In this document: piece by piece, positions 55,040 to 64,000 of the stretch | How the letters are laid out: each line of letters opens with the position of its first letter | How positions within the stretch are numbered: position 1 is the stretch's first letter | Made by a program: the position numbers and the translations under genes | From: an uncultured Acidobacteriota bacterium | GTDB taxonomy: Bacteria > Acidobacteriota > Vicinamibacteria > Vicinamibacterales > UBA2999 | NCBI GenBank assembly: GCA_963779175.1 | Contig: CAVZXA010000003.1 | Span: 1,025,625-1,089,624 of the forward strand | DNA length: 64,000 bases | Direction: 5' to 3' | The notes under the pieces: generated by a model | The model's database searches: none | What the model was told of the DNA's origin: nothing | Seen by the model: only the letters and a program-made list of their open reading frames with translations

Positions 55040-56445
55040 TTCTTTCCGGTCTGCTCGTGCAGGAAGTCGAGCACGAGGTCCAGCATCCGTTGATTGACGC
55101 GACTGCCCTCGTGCACGCCGAACTTGGTCTGGAACGCTTCGAGCGGCACCACCGCCTTGGCCATCGTGCGATGGCCGCCGGCGCTGCCGATGTCGTTGAA
55201 CCAGCGGCGCACGAAGTCGCCGGCGTTGCGCGAGTAGCCGAGGTTGCGGACCGAGACCACCATCTGGTCGTTGACCACGCCAGAGATCACCGTCCACTGG
55301 ACGTCTTCGAGCTGCAGATAGAAGTCCGCCACGTAGGGGATGAAGTCGTCGCGCGGCGGCTCGCCGAGAAACGCGCAGAACACGTGCTCGACCATGCGGC
55401 CCTGCTGCCACGCCTTGATCACGTAGTCGAGCCGCTCGCGCGTGATTTCCGCGCCTTCCATCTTGCGGATGAGACTGGCGTCGGCCAGCGGATACAGGAA
55501 CGAGAACGCGTCGAGGTCGGCGCGGTTGGCCTGGCGGTTGAAGAACAGCGTGTCGGACTTGATGGCGTAGAGCATTGCCGTCGCCGTGCGCTCGGAGATG
55601 TCGAGGTCCACCGCCTGCAGATGCTCGGTCAGGATGGTCGAAGTCGAGCCGTAGTCGGGGCGGATGTCCTTGAACATGGCCGTCCAGCCGGTGGTCTCGG
55701 GATGGTGATCGACCACCAGATCCACATGGCGCAGCTGGTCGCCGAAGTAGTGCGGCTGCACGTCCACCAGCGCAATCTTCTCGAACGACGCGAACTGGTC
55801 GGCCGTCACCGTGTCGACGCCGATTTCGAGCAGCTTCAGCATCCGCAGGTTTTCGGGCCGCGACACCGGCTGCATGGTGCCGATGATGGCGGTCTGCTTG
55901 GTGCGCCGCAGCAGCGTGCGCAGCGCCAGGCCGCTGGCGATGGCGTCGGGATCGGGATCGTGGTGCGTCAGAATCAGCACCCGGTCGGCGTCACTGAAGT
56001 AGCGTTGGTACTGCTGCACCTTCTGGCGGGTGAGCGAGCGGTTGAGCTCGGTGGCCAGCCGGGTCTCGACCAGTTCGGCCAGCGTGATGTTGGTGAGCTC
56101 CGGGAAGTCGGCCCGCAGCGCCGCCGCGCGCTTGTCGTCTTCCGGGCCGAGCGTGCCGAGCAGGTAGACGAGCACGCCGCCGGCATCGCGCACCGCGTCG
56201 AGCACTTTGGGCAGACTGCGCTGGCGGGCGTCTTCGATGATGACCGACGTGGTGGGCAGCAGATCGGCCTTCACGAAGGTGTCGACGCGCCGGGGGTCGG
56301 CGGCCACCACGGTGGCGCCCGCATCGTGGAGGCGGCGCGCCAGCGCCTTGCTCTCGACGACGAACTCGACCTCGAGGCGTGGACTGAGCACCGCGTGCAG
56401 CAGGCGGCCGACGAGTTCGGTCTGGCAGACGGCCAGGCACCTCAT
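55036..56445 (-). CDS. DHH-family phosphoesterase (DHH + DHHA1) with an N-terminal Rossmann/TrkA-N-like domain
   Basis: [13 protein letters not shown] (DHH motifs I/II), VVDHH, YAIKSDT, and C-terminal GGGH-like [11 protein letters not shown]. Confidence 0.7.
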   Translation of the reverse strand: MRCLAVCQTELVGRLLHAVLSPRLEVEFVVESKALARRLHDAGATVVAADPRRVDTFVKADLLPTTSVIIEDARQRSLPKVLDAVRDAGGVLVYLLGTLGPEDDKRAAALRADFPELTNITLAELVETRLATELNRSLTRQKVQQYQRYFSDADRVLILTHHDPDPDAIASGLALRTLLRRTKQTAIIGTMQPVSRPENLRMLKLLEIGVDTVTADQFASFEKIALVDVQPHYFGDQLRHVDLVVDHHPETTGWTAMFKDIRPDYGSTSTILTEHLQAVDLDISERTATAMLYAIKSDTLFFNRQANRADLDAFSFLYPLADASLIRKMEGAEITRERLDYVIKAWQQGRMVEHVFCAFLGEPPRDDFIPYVADFYLQLEDVQWTVISGVVNDQMVVSVRNLGYSRNAGDFVRRWFNDIGSAGGHRTMAKAVVPLEAFQTKFGVHEGSRVNQRMLDLVLDFLHEQTGKK

Positions 56446-56630
56446 CGAGAGGATTCCATTCGGGTCGGCGGCGGCAGCATCTGCAGCAACCTCTGATTAT
56501 ACCGTCCACCCGGATCCGCCGCGGCCCTGGACCGGGCAGCGTTGCACGCCACTGCCTGTGGTACGCTCCGGGAAGTCCCCACTCCTGCCGACGGCACTGC
56601 CCGGACGCTCGGCCCCGGGGCCGACCCCCA

Positions 56631-58642
<2,012 letters not shown>

Positions 58643-58643
<1 letters not shown>

Positions 58644-59413
58644 TGCCGGCCGTCACCGAGTGGGTCAAACGAGCACTGCTCGAGATCCAGGAGTACACGA
58701 AGCTCGCGATGGCGACGGCGCGCTGCGCGGTGACGCGGCCTTTCTACTGGCACGACTTCGTCGAGCAGCTCGACGCCATCGGCATCGGGTCGATGACGGT
58801 CGTGATCCTCACCGGCCTCTTCACCGGCGCCGTGCTGGCCCTGCAGTCCGGCTTCACCCTCGATCAGTTCGGCGCGCGGCCGTTCGTCGGACGCCTCGTG
58901 AGCGCCTCGATGATCAAAGAGCTCGGGCCGGTGCTGACGGCGCTGATGCTCGCCGGCCGCGTCAGTTCGGGCATCGCCGCCGAGCTCGGCTCGATGATGG
59001 TGACCGAACAGGTGAGTGCGCTGCGCGCGCTCGGCACCGACCCGGTGCGCAAACTGGTGGTGCCCCGCGTGCTCGCCGGCATCCTGATGACGCCGATCCT
59101 CACGGTCGTCGCCAATACCGTCGGGCTGCTCGGTGGCTGGGTCGTGTCGGTGCAGAACCTGCGCGTGTCGTCGGGCGTCTACTGGTCGTCGGTCATCGAC
59201 GGGCTGTTCCTCGAAGACGTGTGGATGGGGCTGCTCAAGCCCTTCTTCCTGGGCTTCATCATCGTCACCGTCGGCTGCCACGTGGGCCTTCGAACGCGCG
59301 GCGGCACGCAAGGCGTGGGCCGCGCCACCACCAACGCGGTCGTGGCCGCCTCGGTCGGCGTCATCGCCATGGACTTCTTCGCCACCCAGCTTCTGCTGGA
59401 GCTGCTGTTTTGA
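58643..59413 (+). CDS. mlaE: MlaE-family ABC transporter permease
   Basis: IKELGPVLTALMLAGRVSSGIAAELGSMMVTEQVSALRALG. The ATG overlaps the uvrB stop. Confidence 0.85.
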
Positions 59414-60258
59414 TGGCCGCGATTCCCGAAGCTCGGCGCGGGCCCGCGCAGGGCCGTCCCGGCGACGAACCGGTCGTCGTCTTCGACGACGTGCACCTGG
59501 CGTTCGACGACAACGTGGTGCTCGACGGCATCAGCTTCAAGCTGTACCCCGGCTTCACGAAGATCTTCATCGGCGCCAGCGGCTCCGGTAAGTCCACGGT
59601 GCTGAAACTCATCCTGGGGTTGCTCGCGCCCGACTCGGGCCGCATCTGGGTGCACGGCCAGCAGATCGACCGCATGACCGAAAACGAGCTGTTCGCCGTG
59701 CGCGATCACACCGGCATGGTGTTCCAGGAGGGCGCGCTCTTCGACTCGCTGACGGTGGGCGAGAACGTCGGCTTCAAGCTCTACGAAGAGACCGATATGC
59801 CGCTCGCCGACGTCCGGGCCCGCGTCGAGGAAGTGCTGGGCTTCGTCGAGCTCGGGCCCTATGTGGACCGCAAGCCCTCGGAACTCTCCGGCGGCCAGCG
59901 GCGCCGCGTCGCCATCGCCCGGGCCATGGCGTTCAAGCCGAAACTGCTGCTCTACGACGAGCCGACCACCGGGCTCGATCCGATCACGGCACTGACGGTG
60001 GATGCCGAGATCATCAAGCTCCGCGACCTCGAGGGCGTCACCTCCGTGCTGGTCACCCATCAGCTGCGCGACGCCTTCCACATCGCCACGCATGGGGCCT
60101 CCCGGACGCCCGAGGGCCACGCCATCGTGAGCGCTACGCCCGACAAGGTCGAAGAAGCGGATTTCGTGATGTTGCGTGACGGCAAGATCGTGTTCGAAGG
60201 GTCCGCCGACGAGCTGCGGGCGGCGACCGACCCCTACATTCTCGCGTTCCTGTCGTAG
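59413..60258 (+). CDS. mlaF: MlaF-like ABC transporter ATP-binding protein
   Basis: Walker A GASGSGKST, signature LSGGQRRRVAIARA, and Walker B LLLYDEPT. Confidence 0.85.
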   Translation: MAAIPEARRGPAQGRPGDEPVVVFDDVHLAFDDNVVLDGISFKLYPGFTKIFIGASGSGKSTVLKLILGLLAPDSGRIWVHGQQIDRMTENELFAVRDHTGMVFQEGALFDSLTVGENVGFKLYEETDMPLADVRARVEEVLGFVELGPYVDRKPSELSGGQRRRVAIARAMAFKPKLLLYDEPTTGLDPITALTVDAEIIKLRDLEGVTSVLVTHQLRDAFHIATHGASRTPEGHAIVSATPDKVEEADFVMLRDGKIVFEGSADELRAATDPYILAFLS

Positions 60259-60270
60259 GAGATTGCACAC

Positions 60271-61312
60271 ATGCCGCGTACGCGCTCTCTGGCGTGGTCG
60301 GAACTGAAGATCGGCATCATCAGCCTGTTTGCGCTGGTGATGGCGGCAATGCTGGTGTTTGCCGTGGGCGGCGCCGGCGGATTCTTCTGGCAGCGCTATT
60401 CGCTCAAGGCGCGCTTCCCGAACATCGCGACCGTGAAGAGCGGGACGCCGGTGCGGGTGGCGGGCATCGAGATGGGGGTCGTGAGCGAGGTGCGTCTGGA
60501 AGGCGCCGGCGGTCGAGGTCTGGCTCGACATCGCCGAAGAGATGCGTCCCCTCATCACCGACAAGTCGCTGGCTGTCATCGGCGCCATCTCGCTGCTCGG
60601 CGAAGGGGCCATCGATATCACCCCGGCTCCCGCCGGCACCCCGATTCCCGACTGGGGCTACGTGCCCTCCGGCATCGATCCGACCTCGATTGCGGCGCTG
60701 TCGGCCGTCGCCGGTCAGGGGCTCGACGAGACCGCCAGGCTGCTGGCGGACCTGAGGGCCGGCAAGGGCACGCTGGGCCGGCTCTTCACCGACGACGCCG
60801 CCTACCGCGACCTCGACGCGCTCATGGTCTCGGCGACGCGGGTCACCGACGCGGTCGAACGCGGCAAGGGCAGCCTGGGCCGGCTCGTGAACGATCCGCG
60901 GGTCTACAACGAACTGCTGGCCTCCACGGCCGCCTTGAACGCCATCACGGCCAAGGTCTCGCGCGGGGAGGGCAGCCTCGGCGCCCTGCTGCACGATCCG
61001 GCGCTGGCGAAATCGGCGACCCAGGCCGCCGCCAACCTCGAGACCCTCACCGGCCAGCTCACCCGCGGCGAAGGCACGGTGGGCAAGCTGCTGACCGACG
61101 ACGAGCTCTTCACCCGTCTCAGCTCGACCGCGACGCGGCTCGATGAGATCTCCGCCCGGCTGTCGGCCGGCCAGGGCACGGCCGGGATGCTACTGCAGGA
61201 CCGGCGGCTTTATGAGAACATGAGTGCGGCGGTGACCGAGTTGCGTGGACTGGTCTCGGACATCCGCAAGGACCCCAAGAAATACCTGAACGTGAAGGTC
61301 AGCCTGTTCTGA
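60271..61312 (+). pseudogene. mlaD: MlaD/MCE-family substrate-binding protein, frame broken once
   Basis: N-terminal TM plus MCE domain: ...GTPVRVAGIEMGVVSEVRLEGA | AVEVWLDIAEEMRPLITDKS.... The junction lies near 60509. The C-terminus has five copies of G-x-G-[ST]-x-G-x-L-[LFV]-x-D. Confidence 0.8.
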
Positions 61313-61338
61313 CCGCGCGGGGTCGCAGGAGGAGAGTC

Positions 61339-61623
61339 ATGTCGAGAGACAACAACGGCGGGTCGGTGATGCTGGCCTTCGTGCTCGGCGCGGTGGCTGG
61401 TGCGGCCGCGGCGCTGCTCTTTGCGCCGGCCACCGGCGACGAAACGCGGGAATACCTCGGGCGGCGCGCCCGCGAGGGCCGCGACAAGGCCCGCGATGCC
61501 GCCCGCGACGCCGCCGATCAGAGCCGCGAGTTCTACCAGCGGAATCGCGACAGCGTGTCGAGCGCCATCGAACGGGGCCGCGAGGCGTTCCAGCAGGCCC
61601 GCGAAGAAGGACGTAACGCGTGA
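61339..61623 (+). CDS. YtxH-domain protein
   Basis: N-terminal TM (VMLAFVLGAVAGAAAALLFAPATG) followed by charged helices. Confidence 0.6.
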   Translation: MSRDNNGGSVMLAFVLGAVAGAAAALLFAPATGDETREYLGRRAREGRDKARDAARDAADQSREFYQRNRDSVSSAIERGREAFQQAREEGRNA

Positions 61624-62051
61624 CCGACGTCTGGCTGGCGATCATCGCCCTGGCAGTTGCCGTGATGGCGGCCATCCAGGTGGGCGCGATCGTGCTCGGC
61701 CTGCGCCTGGCCCGCCGTGTGGACCAGCTCACGACCCAGATCGAGCACGAGGTCAAGCCGCTCATCCAGAACCTGACCGAGATGACGGCCGAGGCGAAGC
61801 GGGCCACGGCGCTGGCCGCCGCGCAGGTCCAGCGGGCCGATCGGCTGTTCGGCGACCTCGCCGTGACGGCCGAGCGGACGATCGCGATTGCCTCGCAGCT
61901 GGTGGGCGGTCCGGCGAAGAACGGCTTCGCGCTGTTTTCGGCGGCTCGCGCCGCGTTCACGGCGTTCCGCGACCTGCGGGACGCCTCACGGCGGCGCACG
62001 GCCTACAAGTCGGCCACGCCGGAAGACGAAGAATCGCTCTTCATCGGTTAA
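61620..62051 (+). CDS. DUF948-like membrane-anchored coiled-coil protein
   Basis: N-terminal TM plus helical repeats. The GTG overlaps the upstream stop (GTGA). Confidence 0.45.
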   Translation: MTDVWLAIIALAVAVMAAIQVGAIVLGLRLARRVDQLTTQIEHEVKPLIQNLTEMTAEAKRATALAAAQVQRADRLFGDLAVTAERTIAIASQLVGGPAKNGFALFSAARAAFTAFRDLRDASRRRTAYKSATPEDEESLFIG

Positions 62052-62089
62052 CCGGATACGCGCCGGTGCGGCGCCAGGAGGCAGTGGGC

Positions 62090-62638
62090 ATGCGTCAATT
62101 GGTTCAGCTCTGCGGCTCGCTCATCACGACGCTTGCGGTCGTCGCCGCCACGGCCCAGCCCGCCAGCGCCCAGGAGCCGAAGTCGGCCGCCAACGCCAAA
62201 GAACTGCTGAAGGTGCTGAGCGACAAGAAGATGGATGCCGTGGCCGTGCGGGCGCCCGATTCCGCCGACACCTTCCTCGCCGCGCTGGTGTTCCCGGCGC
62301 AGATCATCGTCGTGTCGGCCAGGTACGCCGCCCCACCGCTTTTGAACGAGAAGCTCGCCCGGCGCGAGTATCGCGACGTCTACATCGAGTTGAACAGCGC
62401 CTCGGTGCTCGAGACGCGCCACATCATCACCGACCTCGGCGCCGACGGGCTGCGCGCCAAGCGCGCCAAGCGGGACGACCCCTTCGATTCGCGCGAACTG
62501 GCCGGCAAGGCGTTCAACCTCGACGGCAACTGGCGCGAAGACAAGATGTCGGAAGCCGACTACATGAAGCTGCACGCCGAGACCGACGAGAAGTACGCCC
62601 AGATTCTCGCCGCCCTGCTGGGGGAAGCGAAGAAGTAG
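62090..62638 (+). CDS. Hypothetical secreted protein
   Basis: Signal MRQLVQLCGSLITTLAVVAATAQPASAQE. Codon usage looks coding. I recognise no family. Confidence 0.45.
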   Translation: MRQLVQLCGSLITTLAVVAATAQPASAQEPKSAANAKELLKVLSDKKMDAVAVRAPDSADTFLAALVFPAQIIVVSARYAAPPLLNEKLARREYRDVYIELNSASVLETRHIITDLGADGLRAKRAKRDDPFDSRELAGKAFNLDGNWREDKMSEADYMKLHAETDEKYAQILAALLGEAKK

Positions 62639-62643
62639 CGCCC

Positions 62644-63357
62644 GTGCGGGTGCGCGTCGTCGATCGCACGCCGGGCGCGCTGGTCGTCGTCAAGCCGGCC
62701 GGACTCCCCAGCGAAAACCCGCGCGATCCGGCCGCCGATTCGCTGGTGCGGCGCCTCGAGGCCGACGGCCATCACGGGCTGCGCCTCGTGCATCGTCTCG
62801 ATATGCCCGCCTGCGGGCTGATGCTGGTGGCGCGCTCGCAGGCGGCTGCCGCCTACTACGCCCGCGAGATCGAAGCCCGCCGCTGGCACAAGTGGTACGT
62901 CGCCCGCGTCGCCCAGCCGCTCGACGTGGCCCGCCGGCTCGTGGGCACCCACAAGGCGTTTCTCAAGACCGCCGGGCGCATCGCCACGGTCGTCCGCTCG
63001 GGCGGCAAGCCGTCGTTTCTCGACGTTGCCCTGGCGACCGACGTGCCGGACGGGTCGGGCGACAGTCACCTCCTGATCCAGCTCCATACCGGACGCTTCC
63101 ACCAGATCCGCGCCATGCTCGCGCACGCCGACGCGCCGCTGGCCGGTGATGATCTTTATGGCGGCGCCGGCCCGGGGCTGCGCTATCTGGAACACGTGCT
63201 GCTCGGCAGCCGCGCCGACACCACCGGGGCGTGGACCGTGTGGCAGGCGCCGCCGCACGAGGATCGCGATCCGTGGGCGCCGGAGCTGGCCGCCGCCATC
63301 GAGGCGCGCGCCGTTACGGCGCGAACAGCACCGCCGCCACCCGATCCCGCGCCCTGA
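62644..63357 (+). CDS. RluA-family pseudouridine synthase (no S4 domain)
   Basis: [10 protein letters not shown], catalytic [28 protein letters not shown] start. Confidence 0.75.
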   Translation: MRVRVVDRTPGALVVVKPAGLPSENPRDPAADSLVRRLEADGHHGLRLVHRLDMPACGLMLVARSQAAAAYYAREIEARRWHKWYVARVAQPLDVARRLVGTHKAFLKTAGRIATVVRSGGKPSFLDVALATDVPDGSGDSHLLIQLHTGRFHQIRAMLAHADAPLAGDDLYGGAGPGLRYLEHVLLGSRADTTGAWTVWQAPPHEDRDPWAPELAAAIEARAVTARTAPPPPDPAP

Positions 63358-64000
63358 CGTCCACCGGCCACGGCGGCAGCGGCAGCCACTGCGGCGCCTG
63401 CGGCAGGGAGGCGTCGATGAGGTCGGCGAGGGTGCCACTGGCCGCCAGCTCGCGGGTGTTCGAGGCCGCGAAGACCACGCCGCCCGGCGACAGCACCCGC
63501 ACCGCCGCGCCGATGAGCGCCGGGTAGTCGTCCACCGCCCGCCACGCCGCGACCCCGCGCCGTTTGTTGGCTGCCGCGAAGGTGGGCGGGTCGAGGATCA
63601 CCAGGTCGAAGCGCTCGTCGGGCCGGCGCGCCGCCTGCGTCAGGTAGTCCATCGCGTCGCGGCGCAGGAAGCGCATGGCCGACGGCTCGAGCCCGTTCAA
63701 GCGCCAGGTTCCTGCGGCCCCAGTCGAGATACCGTCCCGACACGTCCACGTTCGTGACGGCCGCGCCGGCGGCGGCCAGCGGCATCGCAAACGCGCACGT
63801 GTAGGCGAACAGGTTCAGCACCCGCGCGCGGTCGGCGCTCCGCCAGCGCCCGGCGATGGTCGCGGTGATCGAGGAAGAGGCCGGTCGACAGGCCATCGTA
63901 GGGCCGCACTTCGTAGCGCACGCCGTATTCCTCGACGACGAGCGACTCCGGCAGCACTGAGCCCGCCCGTGGCGTGGGCGACGTGGCCTCGCCCGGCAAG
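63314..64000 (-). pseudogene. Class I SAM-dependent rRNA methyltransferase (RlmI-like), 5' end outside the window, frame broken twice
   Basis: ...[16 protein letters not shown] | [46 protein letters not shown] | [19 protein letters not shown]...[10 protein letters not shown].... Junctions lie near 63840 and 63700. Confidence 0.7.

Noticed and set aside
56446-56630. An SOS (LexA) box in the divergent region upstream of uvrB.
   Set aside because: No CTGT-N8-ACAG, GAAC-N4-GTTC or GTTC-N7-GTTC-type palindrome is found. The LexA motif for this lineage is unknown to me, so absence is not proven.

Overview
This is a high-G+C bacterial chromosome window (judged by eye, not computed). It is densely packed with about 61 protein genes, almost all housekeeping. 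All product calls rest on motifs and gene order I recognise from memory; no database search was possible.

Gene content in order:
- Type IV pilus cluster pilMNOPQ, followed by two lipoprotein genes and a TPR gene.
- accBC and thiE.
- An LPS/Kdo block on the minus strand: lapB, kdsD, kdsA, pyrG, kdsB. This points to a Gram-negative (diderm) organism; the phylum cannot be determined from here.
- mdh-sucCD, pheA, ndk, dcd, hisS, aspS.
- phoH-ybeY-CBS/CorC-era, then mgtE, recO, glyQS, ppdK.
- corA, mutL, rarA, greA, uvrB.
- An mlaEFD-like ABC system.

I saw no rRNA, tRNA, CRISPR array, transposase, integrase or phage gene.

Three things stand out:
1. A previously unfamiliar family of oriented 7-nt CTAG repeats, (GGCTAGS)n. 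They sit immediately after stop codons at four loci. Two of these loci form roughly 140-bp composite elements between convergent genes.
2. Thirteen clear reading-frame breaks plus one probable break in ten genes, including essential glyQ and glyS. All have the same +1 sign, which points to a sequence-quality artefact (single-base insertions), not biology.
3. A roughly 68-aa Lys/Ala-rich, histone-H1-like N-terminal extension on pyruvate phosphate dikinase.

I found no convincing multi-gene novel system such as a defence island. The repeat family is the most interesting unexplained signal.
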